A stretch of 62,546 nt of DNA, counting the filler, from Babesia bigemina (lineage: Eukaryota): assembly GCF_000981445.1 (NCBI RefSeq). It is 12 parts of 12 records of this genome, joined end to end, with 100 filler letters (N's around TTAATTAATTAA, not from the genome) between each part and the next. Parts side by side here need not be neighbours in the genome. Positions count along the whole stretch, not along the records: positions 44,500 to 47,558 come from NW_012237110.1; positions 47,659 to 50,354 come from NW_012237111.1; positions 50,455 to 56,597 come from NW_012237112.1; positions 56,698 to 62,546 come from NW_012237113.1; 8 more parts are not named here. One strand, given 5' to 3'. The notes beneath the pieces were generated by a model. The model was not told where the DNA came from. It saw only the letters and a program-made list of their open reading frames with translations, and searched no databases. Each line of letters starts with the position of its first letter. Within the stretch, counting starts at the first letter, position 1. Positions 44,500 to 58,270 of the stretch are shown here, in pieces. Made by a program: the position numbers and the translations under genes.

Positions 44500-46522
44500 G
44501 CTGACAATGCATGACCACGTGCTGACCGAGTGGTGACCAGGCACCTGACCCCCCTTAAGGGCACGGCAGCGAGGAAATGGTCACAGAAGGAGCCCTTAGA
44601 AGGCACTCCACATCGCTCGCTAGCCCACTCTACATCGACCCTTAACCCACTCTACGTCTGCATTATACCCACTCCACATCGCGCCGCTTAATCCACTCGA
44701 CAGTCGACCAGTTGATCCACTGTACATCGCCCATAAGCCACTCCACATCGCTCCGCTATCGACGCTACATAGCCCCTTTATCGACTCGACATCGCCGCTT
44801 AAGCCACTGCAGATGGGCCCATTATCCACGCCACATGGCGCCTTAACCCAGTCTACATCGCTGCTTTACCCACTGCAGATCGCTCCTTTATCCACTGTAC
44901 GGCGTTCCCTAACCCACTCGACATCGCCCCTTAACCACTCTACGTCGCTCCTTATCCACTCTACATCGGTCCTGATCCACTCTACATCGCACCCTTAACC
45001 CACGCTACATCGCGCCCTTTACCCACTCCACATCGCGCCTGTTGCCACTCTCCATCGCTCCTTAACACACTCTACATCGCTCCTTTAGCACACTCTACAT
45101 CGGTCCCTTAGCCACTCTACATCGCCCCTTACCCACTCTACATCGCTCCCTTACCCACTACACATCGCCCCTCTATTCACTCTACATCGCCCCTTAACCC
45201 ACTCTCCATCGCTCCCTAACCCACTCTACATCGCCCCTTAACCCACTCTACATCGCCCCTTAACCCACTCCACACCGCCCCTTAACCCACTCTACATCGC
45301 TCCCTAACCCACTCCACATCGCTCCTTATCCACCTTACATCGCCCCTTTATCCACTCTACATCGCTCCTTAACCCACTCTACATCGCCCCTTTAACCACT
45401 CCACATCGCCCCTTAACCCACTCTACATCGCTCCTTTATCCACTCTACACCGCTCCCTAACCCACTCTACATCGCTTTTAACCCACTCTTCATCGCTCCC
45501 TAACCCACTCCACATCGCTCCTTATCCACTCTACATCGCTCCTTAGTCCACTCCACATCGCCCCTTTACCCACTCCACATCGCTCCTTGATCCACTCTAC
45601 ATCGCTCCCTAACCCACCTTACATCGCTCCCTAACCCACTCTACATCGCCCCTTATCCACTCTACATCGCTCCCTAACCCACTCTACATCGCTCCCTAAC
45701 CCACTCTACATCGCCCCTTAACCCACTCTACATCGCTCCCTAACCCACTCTACATCGCCCCTTATCCACTCCACATCGCTGCCTAACCCACTCTACATCG
45801 CTCCCTAACCCACTCCACATCGCCCCTTAACCCACTCTACATCGCTCCTTTATCCACTCTACATCGCTCCTTAACCCACTCTACATCGCCCCTTAACCCA
45901 CTCTACATCGCCCCTTTATCCACTCTACATCGCTCCTTAACCCACTCTACATCGCCCCTTATCCACTCCACATCGCCCCTTTCTCCACTCTACATCGCCC
46001 CTTTCTCCACTCTACATCGCCCCTTAACCCACTCTACATCGCCCCTTTGTCCACTCTACATCGCCCCTTTACCCACTCTACATCGCCCCTTATCCACTCT
46101 ACATCGCTCCCTAACCCACTCTACATCGCTCCCTAACCCACTCCACATCGCCCCTTAACCCACTCTACATCGCTCCCTATGCCACTCTACATCGCTCCTT
46201 AACCCACTCTACATCGCCCCTTATCCACTCTACATCGCCCCTTATCCACTCTACATCGCCCCTTACCCACCCTACATCGCCCCTTCATCCACTCCACATC
46301 GCTCCCTAATCCACCTTACATCGCTCCTTAACCCACTCTACATCGCTCTTCTATCCACTCTACATCGCCCCTTTACCCACTCCTCATCGCCCCTTAACCC
46401 ACTCCACATCGCTCCCTAACCCACTCCACATCGCTCCCTAACCCACTCTACATCGCCCCTTTATCCACTCTACATCGCTCCCTACTCCACTCCACACCGC
46501 CCCTAACCCACTCTACATCCCT
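44500..46522 (+). repeat. Spacer cassette: degraded 12/20-bp modules 44500-44600, 22-bp satellite 44605-46522
   Basis: Error-rich for the first ~600 nt, then clean. Confidence 0.9.
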
Positions 46523-46547
46523 CGAATTACCTTGCCATAATACCGCT

Positions 46548-47537
46548 ATGACCTCTTTAAACCATCCTAATAACCTCTGCCTTGTCACCCTTCACTTACC
46601 TTCTTCCACCTCCTGCCACTGCCCTGACCATGTGCCGCTCAGGGAGCTTGGCAAGAAATTTGACAAAATTTAAAACCCTAAAATTACCTTAAATAATGAC
46701 CCTGCTAACATCCTTAATAACCTTTGTACTGGCCTCGAGAAATTCCTCGGCTTCAACTCTGCTACCAAAGGCTACGACGGCACTGGCATTGTGTACTGCG
46801 ACTTGGATAGGCTGTGCGACGGGGTGATGGCGTTTTTGAGTGGTGTTCTCAGTAACATCAAAGACCATTTAGGGCAGCATAAAAATACTTTAGACATTGC
46901 AATTAACAGTCTTGAGCAAAATAAACACCTCGGTAAAAAAGGTTTTAATGTTGCGATTGGAGAGGTGGTTAAAGGGGTGCGGGGGTATAATGATGGTGTC
47001 ATGAAGTCTAATAAAAAGGTGAGTGAACCAATAAAAACGATGACAACAAGAATGAATAAATACACGGAAAAGGCCTTAAAACCGTTACTTAAAGAAAAAG
47101 ATTACGAAAATCCCGAAGAAGTTCAGAAGGCTGTCGAGCAGATTGACAGAGAAGTGGAGAGCTGTAAAGAGGCTGCACAAGAGTTCAATGACGCTTTCAA
47201 TTTTGATACTCAAGATAAAATGAAAAAAGACGTTGAAGATCTTAATGCGCCTTTAACTGCCAAAGTAAAGAGTGTCGCTGAGAGTGTCAAGCATGAGAGT
47301 GACAGGCTGGGTAGGATGGCGGAGAGGCAGAAAAATGAGTTGAAGGACACGACGGAAAAAATTAAAAAAATTCTGGGTAATTTAAAAGTGAGCGTTGACT
47401 GCAAAATAAATGATGAAGTGAAAGAGTTTGTTAATAATTTGAGAAGCAAAATTAAACCTATTAAGGAAAAACTGGAAACAATTACCACAACACTATCGCA
47501 GTATATTATCGATTTGCAGACGTGGATGAATGAGACT
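46548..47537 (+). CDS. ves1: ves 5' fragment, in-frame TAA at 46671-46673, truncated by gap
   Basis: Leader identical to 35636; ORF from 46791 with VMAFLSGVLSNIKDHLGQH. Confidence 0.75.
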
Positions 47538-47658
47538 AACGAATCAAGCTGTTCTCGANNNNNNNNNNNNNNNNNNNNNNNNNNNNNNNNNNNNNNNNNN
47601 NNTTAATTAATTAANNNNNNNNNNNNNNNNNNNNNNNNNNNNNNNNNNNNNNNNNNNN

Positions 47659-48920
47659 CACTCTACATCGCTCCCTAACCCACTCTACATCGCCCCTTAA
47701 CCCACTCCACATCGCCCCTTTAACCACTCCACATCGCCCCTTTACCCACTCCACATCGCTCCTTAACTCACTCTACATCGCCCCTTTATCCACTCCACAT
47801 CGCTCCCTAACCCACTCCACATCGCTCCCTAACCCACTCTACATCGCCCCTTTATCCACTCTACATCGCTCCTTAACCCACTCTACATCGCTCCTTAACC
47901 ACTCTAAATCGCTCCCTAAACCACTCTACATCGCTCCCTTATCCACTCCACATCGCCCCTTAACCCACTCCACATCGCTCCCTAAACCACTCTACATCGC
48001 CCCTTAACCCACTCTACATCGCTCCCTAACCCACTCTACATCGCCCCTTTATCCACTCTACATCGCTCCCTTAACCACTCTACATCGCTCCTTACCCACT
48101 CTACATCGCTCCCTAACCCACTCTACATCGCCCCTTAACCTCCTCTAATCGCTCTTCTATCCACTCCACATCGCTCCTTTATCCACTCTACATCGCTCCC
48201 TTACCCACTCTACATCGCTCCCTAACTCACTCTACATCGCCCCTTAACCCACTCTACATCGCTCCTTTATCCACTCTACATCGCTCCTTAACCCACCCTA
48301 CATCGCCCCTTAACCCACTCTACATCGCCCCTTTACCCACTCTACATCGCTCCTTTACCCACTCTACATCGCCCCTTATCCACTCTACATCGCTCCCTAA
48401 TCCACTCCACATCGCTCCTCTACCCACTCCACATCGCTCCTCTACCCACTCTACATCGCCCCTTTATCCACTCCACATCGCTCCTTTATCCACTCTACAT
48501 CGCCCCTTGATCCACTCTACATCGCTCCCTAACCCACTCTACATCGCTCCCTAACCCACTCTACATCGCCCCTTAATCCACTCTACATCGCCCCTTAACC
48601 CACTCTACATCGCCCCTTATCCACTCTACATCGCTCCCTAACCCACTCTACGTCGCTCCTTTACCTACTTTACATCGCTCCCTAACCCACTCTACATCGC
48701 CCCTTTACCCACTCTACATCGCCCCTTTATCCACTCTACATCGCCCCTTTATCCACTCCACATCGCTCCTTAACCCACTCCACATCGCTCCTAATCCACT
48801 CTACATCGCCCCTTTATCCACTCTACATCGCCCCTTAATCCACTCTACATCGCCCCTAATCCACTCTACATCGCCCCTTAACCCACTCTACATCGCCCCT
48901 TAACCCACTCTACATCCCTT
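47659..48920 (+). repeat. 22-bp satellite
   Basis: Tandem 22-mers from contig start to leader. Confidence 0.95.
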
Positions 48921-48944
48921 GAATCACCTCGCCATAATACCGCT

Positions 48945-50354
48945 ATGACCTCTATAAACCATAGCAATAACTTGTGCCTTGTCACCCTTCACTTCCCTTC
49001 TGACTGAGTCCATCGACTGGTTGATCCAGGTTAGGTATGGGAATGGTGATGGTGAGGGTCTTACCAAGTTGGCTAAAGCTTTAAAAAAGTTGATTGAGGA
49101 GGCTATAAGTAGCGCTACTAAGTCCCTCCAAGCCGAAAAAAAGAAACTTTCTTGCCCCTTCAAATACTCTGATAAAGAGACTTACTGTCAGTACTACGAG
49201 AAGCAAATTAGTGACACTACTAAGAAGCTTAAAGAATCTGGGAAAAAAGAAAATGAAATCGCTGAAAATCACAATATAAAGTTTAATAAAACATGTCTAG
49301 AAGAGTGTATAAATGCTCACAAAAAACATCCTCCATCTCCTGCCATAAAGGACATTGAGTCCAAGTTGTCTCAGCTTGAAAAGCTTAAAGAGAGTCTTAC
49401 TGGATTTACTGAAAAAAACAATTGCAAAAATCTTTTAGAAAACCTCTGCTCTGGCCTCGAGACTTTCCTCGGCTTCAATCCATCTTCCAAAGGCTACGAT
49501 GGCCAGGGCATTGTGTACTCCGACCTGGACAGGCTGTGTGACGGGGTGATGGGATTTTTGAGTGGTGTTCTCAGTAACATCTACAGCCATTTAGGGCAGC
49601 ATAAAAACACTTTAAATGAAGCAATTACGCTTCTTGAGCAAAATAAACACGCCGGTAAAAAAGGTTTTAATGTTGCGATTGGAAAGGTGGTCGAAGGGGT
49701 GGGGAGGTATAATGGTAATGTAAAAAAGTCGAATGACCTTGTTAAGACGGCAATTAAAAATCTTCAAAGAGGCATGAAAAACTATAAAAAAGAAGAGTTA
49801 CAAACTAAATTGCCAAATAGCATTGATCCAAAAAGGCCTACGGCTTCCACCCAAGAGAGTGTCGAGAAGGCAAAATCCTTGGTGGAGGATTGTCGAAAAT
49901 ATGCAAAAGACTTTATTACTGCTGTTGACATTAAAACAAAAACAGACGCCACAAAAAATGCGATAAAAGACTTAAATCCCAAATTGCGTGATACAATTGA
50001 GAACGTGCGTAAGAATATGCAGCATGAGAGTAAGCGTCTTAAAGAGTTGTCGAGTAAAGAGAGTAAGGATTTAGAGGCAACGGAAGATAAAATTAAGAAG
50101 ACGTTGAGCAGTTTGAAAGTGAACGTCGAGTAGAATTGATGCGCAAATGAAGGAGCTGATTAAAAACATTAATGAGCGAGTTACGAAATTTCAGATGAAC
50201 TTAACACAATAAATAGCAATCTGCTGCATCACCTTGATGCATTCGAAGGATGGATTAAGCAGGCGGAAGTCGCCCCGTGAGGCGCGCTAAAGCAGGTTGA
50301 GAACATATTGGAGTATGTGAATCAGGCTCTACGTCATAAGTTCTCATTTATGAG
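48945..50354 (+). CDS. ves1: ves 5' fragment retaining the long N-terminus (ESIDWLIQVRYGNG..); leader ATG out of frame
   Basis: IDWL motif typical of VESA N-termini; leader ORF 48945-49007 stops after 20 aa; indels after 50130 near contig end. Confidence 0.75.
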
Positions 50355-50454
50355 NNNNNNNNNNNNNNNNNNNNNNNNNNNNNNNNNNNNNNNNNNNNTT
50401 AATTAATTAANNNNNNNNNNNNNNNNNNNNNNNNNNNNNNNNNNNNNNNNNNNN

Positions 50455-51212
50455 GGTAGCTTTTAGGCTCCTATTTACTCTGCATCCGGGATCAAGGCTT
50501 GAAACCCTGAGTTTGAGTCTTCAAAAATATCTTTTATACAAGTTTTTGTTTGCAATAGGCAGTGCTCGATTACTCTTTCAACGTTCTTAGTGTTGAATGC
50601 TTTTCCATATTCTTCGTCGCTCATCATGATTTGAGGATCTTTAAGATCCTTTTTTTTAAATTTCGTAATTTCTGTCTCTAAATTCGTCTTAAGTCCGTAT
50701 ATTGGCCCAGTTATACTTGCAAGTTTACCATTATGTTCAATCTCATACCCCTCCAACCACCCCTTCACCGCGTCGACAGACGCCGCAAGCCCAGCACGCC
50801 CGGAGCCAATATTATTATTTAAGGTTGTAATAACTGTATTAATGTTTTTTGTAGGATCTGTATCATAAGTTGTCACTTCATTTTCATCCTTCACCGCTTC
50901 AAGCACACCACTCAAAAATCCCATCACGCCGTCACACAGCCTGTCAACGTCGGAGTAGACGATGCCTTTGCCATCGTAGCCTTTGGAGTCTTTGGAGTAA
51001 CCAAGAAAAGTCTCAAGACCATCGCAAAGATTCTCTAAAAGGTTTTTAGGATTTATTGATGCATTTTTTAAGATTCTTATAATTTTCACAAAGCTCCCTC
51101 CATTTCCTCAAAGCGTCCAACTTGGACTGCAATTTGGCTAGCTCAGCAGAGTCAGAGGGGGAAGTGAAGGGGTGACAAGGCACAAGTTATTATTATGGTT
51201 TAAAGAGGTCAT
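50455..51212 (-). CDS. ves1: ves 5' fragment with third N-terminal type (SDSAELAKLQSKLDAL..)
   Basis: ORF 50475..51089 has anchor; removing three extra homopolymer bases gives an open frame from ATG 51212. Confidence 0.7.
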
Positions 51213-51236
51213 AGCGGTATTATGGCGAGGTAATTA

Positions 51237-53528
51237 GAGCGATGTAGAGTAGATAAAGGAGCGATGTAGAGTGGATAAAGGGGCGATGTAGAGTGGGTTA
51301 GGGAGCGATGAAGAGTGGGTTAGGGAGCGATGTAGAGTGGATTAAGGGGCGAAGTGGAGTGGATTAGGGAGCGATGTAGAGTGGGTTAGGGAGCGATGTA
51401 GAGTGGATAAAGGGGCGATGTAGTGTGGATAAAGGGGCGATGTGGAGTGGATAAAGGGGCGATGTAGTGTGGATAAAGGGGCGATGTAGAGTGGGTAAAG
51501 GGGCGATGTGGAGTGGATTAGGGAGCGATGTGGAGTGGGTAAAGGGGCGATGTAGAGTGGATTAGGGAGCGATGTAGAGTGGGTTAAGGGAGCGATGTAG
51601 AGTGGGTTAGGGAGCGATATAGAGTGGATAAAGGAGCGATGTAGAGTGGGTTAAGGGGCGATGTAGAGTGGGTAAAGGAGCGATGTAGAGTGGATAAAGG
51701 AGCGATGTAGAGTGGGTTAGGGAGCGATGTGGAGTGGATAAGGGGGCGGTGTAGAGTGGGTTAGGGAGCGATGTAGAGTGGGTAAGGGGCGATGTAGAGT
51801 GGATAAAGGGGCGATGTGGAGTGGTTAAAGGAGCGATTTAGAGTGGATAAAGGAGCGATGTAAGGTGGGTTAGGGAGCGATGTAGAGTGGGTAAAGGGGC
51901 GATGTAGAGTGGGTTAGGGAGCGATGTAGAGTGGGTAAAGGGGCGATGTAGAGTGGGTTAAGGAGCGATGTAGAGTGGGTAAAGGAGCGATGTAGAGTGG
52001 GTTAAGGAGCGATGTGGAGTGGGTTAGGGAGCGATGTAGAGTGGGTTAGGGAGCGATGTAGAGTGGGTTAAAGAGCGATGTAGCGTGGATAAAGGGGCGA
52101 TGTAGAGTGGGTAAAGGAGCGATGTAGGGTGGATAAGGGGCGATGTAGAGTGGGTTAAGGAGCGATGTAGAGTGGGTAAAGGAGCGATGTAGAGTGGGTT
52201 AAGGAGCGATGTAGAGTGGGTTAGGGAGCGATGTAGAGTGGATAAGGGAGCGATGTTGAGTGGGTAAAGGAGCGATGTAGAGTGGGTTAAGGGGCGATGT
52301 AGAGTGGGTAAGGGAGCGATGTAGAGTGGGTTAAGGGGCGATGTAGAGTGGATAAAGGGGCGATGAAGAGTGGATAAGGGAGCGATGTAGAGTGGGTTAA
52401 GGGGCGATGTAGAGTGGGTAAAGGGGCGATGTAGACTGGGTTAAGGGGCGATGTAGAGTCGATAGAGGGGCGATGTAGAGTGGGTTAGGGGCGATGTAGA
52501 GTGGATAAAGGAGCGATGTGGAGTGGATAAGGGAGCGATGTGGAGTGGATGAAGGAGCGATGTAGAGTGGGTTAGGGAGCGATGTAGAGTGGGTTAAAGA
52601 GCTATGTAGAGTGGGTTAAGGAGCGATGTAGAGTGGGTTAAGGAGCGATGTGGAGTGGGTTAGGGAGCGATGTAGAGTGGATTAGGGAGCGATGTAGAGT
52701 GGGTTAAAGAGCTATGTAGCGTGGATAAAGGGGCGATGTAGAGTGGGTAAAGGAGCGATGTAGGGTGGATAAGGGGCGATGTAGAGTGGGTTAAGGAGCG
52801 ATGTAGAGTGGGTAAAGGAGCGATGTAGAGTGGGTTAAGGAGCGATGTAGAGTGGATAAGGGGCGATGTAGAGTGGGTTAGGGAGCGATGTGGAGTGGGT
52901 AAAGGGGCGATGTCGAGTGGGTTAAGGGGCGATGTCGAGTGGGTTAAGGGGCGATGTCGAGTGGGTAATAATCACCACTTGTCTCCATGTCATCGCTGCC
53001 GTGTCCATGTCATCGCTGCCGTGTCCATGTCATCGCTGCCGTGACCATGTCATCGCTGCCGTGTCCATGTCATCGCTGCCGTAACCATGTCATCGCTGCC
53101 GTAACCATGTCATCGCTGCCGTGACCATGTCATCGCTGCCGTTACCATGCCATCGCTGCCGTGACCGTGTCATCGCTGCCGTAACCATGTCATCGCTGCC
53201 GTGTTGATGTCATCGCTGCCATAACCATGTCATCGCTGCCGTGTCCATCTCATCGCTGCCGTGTCCATCTCATCGCTGCCGTGACCATGTCATCGCTGCC
53301 GTTACCATGCCATCGCTGCCGTGACCGTGTCATCGCTGCCGTAACCATGTCATCGCTGCCGTGACCATAACTTGGTCAGGTGCTTGGTCAGGTGGTTGGT
53401 CACCACTTTGGTCATGGCATTGGTCACCACTCTGGTCATGGTATTGGTCAGCACCTTGGTCAGCATCTTGGTCACCACTTTGGTCACCACTTTGGTCAAC
53501 ACGTTGGTCATGGCATTGGTCACCACTT
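51237..53528 (-). repeat. Spacer cassette: 22-bp 51237-52966, 20-bp 52984-53368, 12-bp 53372-53528
   Basis: Same modules, minus orientation; longest 20-bp array (~19 units). Confidence 0.95.
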
Positions 53529-53653
53529 TAGTTAACTACTACACAATCACATACAACGGTTAATGAGTGATACAACAGATTAAAGCAAAATTCATAAGTT
53601 AGGTGAGTAGGTGATATGCTAGGTGTGTGTAGACAGTAAACACGTGAGTACGA

Positions 53654-56597
53654 TTACGGCTGCAGGTAAAACACTCTGTTAAGCTTGTTAACACGTGCGG
53701 CGGCGAGTAGTGATTGAGCGGCTATCCTATGACTCGAGGGACTATGTAGATGCGATTTGATGTGGAGCAGGTCTAGGCGGATGACCATGATGTGGATGAG
53801 GTACAACGCAGAGAGGAGCCAGAGGGCCAATACTGTGAATGAGAATTTCTCTCTAATATCCCACAAGAATTGGTCGATTTGTTTGCGTAATTCAATAAGC
53901 ACCGAACCTTCAGCAAGCATCTTCTTCAACGCTTCGCAGAAATCTCTGCACGTCCTTTTAGACCCTTCATTATTACCAGAGCCATTCAGTCCCCATGGGT
54001 GTCCGAAGGTAAAACCGTATCTGTACAGGGTAGGGTGAGTGTCACGGCAGTTAACTATGGATTTGCAGTAAGTCGAATGGTTGTGGGTAGGGGATAGACT
54101 CGTAGGCTTCCCTGTTGAATCAGTGTATTTGACTTGGCAGTTTTCAACACAGCTCTTCACATGACATTTACTTCCGGCTGGACCACATTTCTTGCAACAG
54201 TCGTCATATAATTTCTTAAGCAGATCGCAGAATGTCTCCGTGATGTACACGATCCACGACAAATGGTTGGCCTTATGTTCGGCAGAGTAATACCTAGTAA
54301 TGTCCTGTGTCATTGACTTGACATAGAGACCACATGGCGCAACTGAGCCAGACTCGCAATTTGCGATGCTGCATAAATTACCTTTCGAATGTTCATCGCC
54401 GTGTTTACTGCTGCTAACCAACGAGGTCGGATCGAGATGTCCATATTGTTCTCCGAAGTACGCATCGTTGACAGCCTGCTTAAATGCGGCTTGTGTATGC
54501 GGATTCGATTTTCCGAAGTTTCCATAGAAATCAGCTGCCCATCCTCCGAGGTAACCATAGTAAAACGCAAAGATGTCTCCCAGCGTCTGCGGAGGTTTCT
54601 GCAAAAGGCACGTCAGCTGAGCGCAAAGCTTAGTTAGTGGAGCGGAATCACTACCACAAAAGCCCTCAAGAGCTTTCTTGAGATACTCTCCCCTCTGCCT
54701 GTGAGAAGCAGTGACACTGATGTCGTTGAAGCCCATTGGCGTTCTACAAGGGATACCTCTATGGTTGGAGAGCGTACATGTCAGCTTACAACCGGGCTTA
54801 GTGAAGGAGTGTGGTAAAAAGCCGGGGAGACCATCCTCTAAAAAGGACTGAAGCGGCGATTTTATACCGCACTGAGCTGTTTGGTCACACTTTTGGTTAC
54901 ACCTTTGCTTGTGTATTTGGTTGCCCTTTTGGTTAGGACATTGCATAGCATTGCAGTTCCATGCTGACCCGCCTACTTGGTTTCCGTACCAACAGTCACG
55001 CCAACTGACTGAGGGCTCCTCGTTGCTGCACTGCCCGTATAGGAAGAAAAGTTGCAGGTAAAGCCGATTCAGCACGTCGCACAGCATATCGAAGCAAGCA
55101 CCGGGGGCGGTTGGATAGGCGAAACCGTCGGGGTTTGTGTTGAAGTCGACGGCATAAATGCCGTCCGCGTGGCCATGGCCGAGTATTCCAATCAGCACGT
55201 CTTCAGCGTCGACACAAACCTTATGAATAATGGATGTCAGCGTTGAGGCTGCGATCTTTTCTGGGTAAGCTGGCAAAGTGTCAGGATCTGTCTGTAGAAC
55301 AAGTGGGCCGTCTGGGTTGCTGTCACCGGATGCCTCATCCGGCTTCTCAAACAGGTCACCAATGTCGCTGACTGATACAGTTGGAAACACGCGATTGTGC
55401 GGAAGTCCAGTCAACCAACAAAGCATTTGGTAAACAGACGACGGCGATTTAGGCCTCTCGATGTGGCGCAGGTGGGAAACGCAGTAGTAGTTTTCAAGGC
55501 AGTCATAGAGGAACTGAAGTATGTCGAGGAGACTCATGTTATCTGCATCAATAGAAGCTACGCTGCTTGCTTTGTTCTTTTTAGTCATCCACTGTTTCAA
55601 AAGGTCAATTGAGGAAACGTTGAAAATTTTTTTGTGGATGATCGCATGAATATCTGTGCCCGTAAAGTCTGGCTTATTCCGCAACTCGCCCTCATGCGAA
55701 TCACGGTACATAGAAACCTGGTACCCGCAACTACTGAATAAATCGCCAAGCTTATTATTATATTTATTGTACGACGTGTGTATTTGATTAAATCGCGATT
55801 CTTTACAAGAATCACTCAGATGCTTAAAGTCATTACTCAGCGTCGCCAGGGAGGTGAGGAACACCTTCGCGCACTTCCTCCCGTACTCGGTTATTTCGGT
55901 GTTGTCAGCAGGATTTGCAAGCAATTTAGGTGCTTTAGTATCAGGCGATGTTTTCTCCTTCACCAACTGACCAGCATAATTTTGCCCCGAGTACCTGCTG
56001 ACGTACTGCTTCGCGAGCTCCCCGTGGAACGCCTGGACGCCGCGCTTGACGACGTTGAGCAGCGGGGAGGCCTCGGCGAAACCAGAGGGGGCGAGGGTGT
56101 CGAGCTGCGTTTGGAGGTCGGCGAGCTTGCGGGAGACGGTGGCGTCGAAGTGGCGTTGGGTGTTCATTGTGGACAGGAGGGCGTAGAGGGCGTCGGTGAG
56201 GGGGATGAGACGGGAGGGGGAGAGGTCGGGTTGGGATTGGAGATCATTAAAGTAATCTCTAAAAAATTCATTAAATCTGTTTGCAAGCGATTGCAATGTC
56301 AGATGAGTTAGGCCATTGAAGGTAGACGCCTGGAAACGTTTATGCAATTTTTTCATCAGGCCTTTCAGGCCCGCGTTGGCGTCATCATCCATGAGTTTTT
56401 GGATGATTGGGATTTGGGTCGAAACAGTCTCTTGTAAGGCTTTTAATTCGGCTTTCTTTTGATTTGCGAAAAGGGTCTGTACGCCGTCCTGCAAGTCGTT
56501 GAATGCGTCCTTCGCTCGGTTTTGCAATCCATTTCAAGTCTTGCATTGCTCGATTTGAGCTGCCTCCAGCATCTTGTAACCTGTTCGCATTTGAGAA
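53654..56597 (-). CDS. ves1: VESA1b-like antigen, 3' half
   Basis: ORF 53654..56527; SPLQSFLEDGLPGFLPHSF subtype of the Cys-rich domain; standard TM and tail. Confidence 0.88.
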
Positions 56598-56697
56598 NNN
56601 NNNNNNNNNNNNNNNNNNNNNNNNNNNNNNNNNNNNNNNNNTTAATTAATTAANNNNNNNNNNNNNNNNNNNNNNNNNNNNNNNNNNNNNNNNNNNN

Positions 56698-58145
56698 CAA
56701 TGCGGGGGCCTGTTCGATATGTTCACAGACATCTTGAATAGAGTGTGTCATCAACTTGCTTTTTATATAGGCAGTGTCAGAACGGTACCGGTCGCAGTGG
56801 CTGGGAAGATTGCTATTATGGCAAAGGAGTCGGTGGCTCAGCATGGAACTGTAACACCATGCAATCTGCCAAACAAATCCGTGGTCAAACGTGTCCCCAA
56901 ATGGCTGACCAAATAGGTAACCAAAATGCTAACCAAACGTGTGACCGGCATCCTAGTTGCGGACTAAAATCGCCACTTCAGTCATTCCTAGAGGACGGAT
57001 TACAAGGGTTCCTCCCGCATTCGTTTACAAAACCTGGGTGTAAGCTGGAATGCGCTGTGCCGAATCACTTCGGTAAACCATGCCTCACTCCCATGGGTTT
57101 CTCGGATATTTCTATTACAGCCTCTCATTCATCCAAAGGGAAACGTATTAAGGACCTCCTTGAACGTTTCTGCGGTAGGCCGGATGCACCCTTGGCTTCA
57201 CTTTGCTCTTCCTTAACATGTGTGTTACAACGTGCTCCGCAGACGCTTGGCGATATGTTCGGTTTCTTCCAGGGATACCTGTCCAGCTGGAGCGGCGGTG
57301 GCATAAAGCATAAGCAGGATGCATTTAACGAGGCTGTACGGAAAGCGTATTTCGACGTTCAGTATGACAATTTAATTGTTACTTCGATACAACAGAGCAG
57401 TAATCACAAAAATGGCAAGCATCTCACCGGTGACCTCTTCTCGCTCATTGAATGCAAAAGTGACAGTGACTCTCCCGCCCATCCATGCGGAGCATACTTG
57501 CAGGCTATTTGCGATGACACCCGTGTAAAGTATTCCAAAGAACACGCGGATAGATATCTATCATGGGTTGTATACATTACTGAAACATTCTACGATCTGC
57601 TTAAAAAGCTGTACGACGAGTGCAGTAGTAAGTGCGGCGATGATAAGCCAAAGTGTCGTACGGGTAAATGCCCTGAGGGCTGTGATACACAAAGGCTGCC
57701 GATGTCTGAAATTGCGAAACACAATGCCTCCTGTAGCTCAATTTTGAAATGCCCGTCTACTCATCCAACACTATACAAATATGGCTTCACATTTGGAAGT
57801 CCATTTTCATTAAGCGGCGAAAAATCGGAAACGACAAAACGTACGTGTCACGATTTCTGTAAGGTATTAAAAATCGTCGTGAAAGAGAATAACGCACTCC
57901 ATAAATTGGCTCATGAAATTATTCCCCAATTCCTTTGGGATATCAGAAGCAAATTCTTCTGGACTACCGTCGCACTTTGGTCACTATCCCTCTTCTACCT
58001 CCTCCACATCATGGTCATCCGACTCGACCTGCTCCACATCAAATCGCATTTAAATAGTCCCTCGTCCCATCGCATAGCTGCTCAATCACTACTTGCTGCT
58101 GCACGTGTTAACAAGCTTAACAGGGTGTTTTACCTGCAACCATAA
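56698..58145 (+). CDS. ves1: VESA1b-like antigen, 3' part
   Basis: ORF 56745..58145, same subtype as 53654 gene; indels in the first 60 nt. Confidence 0.85.
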
Positions 58146-58270
58146 TCGTACTCACGTGTTTACTGTCTACACTCACCTAGCATCACCTACTCACCTAACT
58201 TATGAATTGTTGTCTAATGTTTTGAATCACTCATTAATCGTTGTATGTGATTGTGTAGTAGTTAACTTAT

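Noticed and set aside
44500..45200. Apparently ancient, diverged satellite
   Set aside because: Divergence fades steadily away from the contig start, the pattern of a poor read end.
47538..47558. Shared motif AACGAATCAAGCTGTTCT at two contig ends as an insertion-element end
   Set aside because: Better explained as untrimmed vector.
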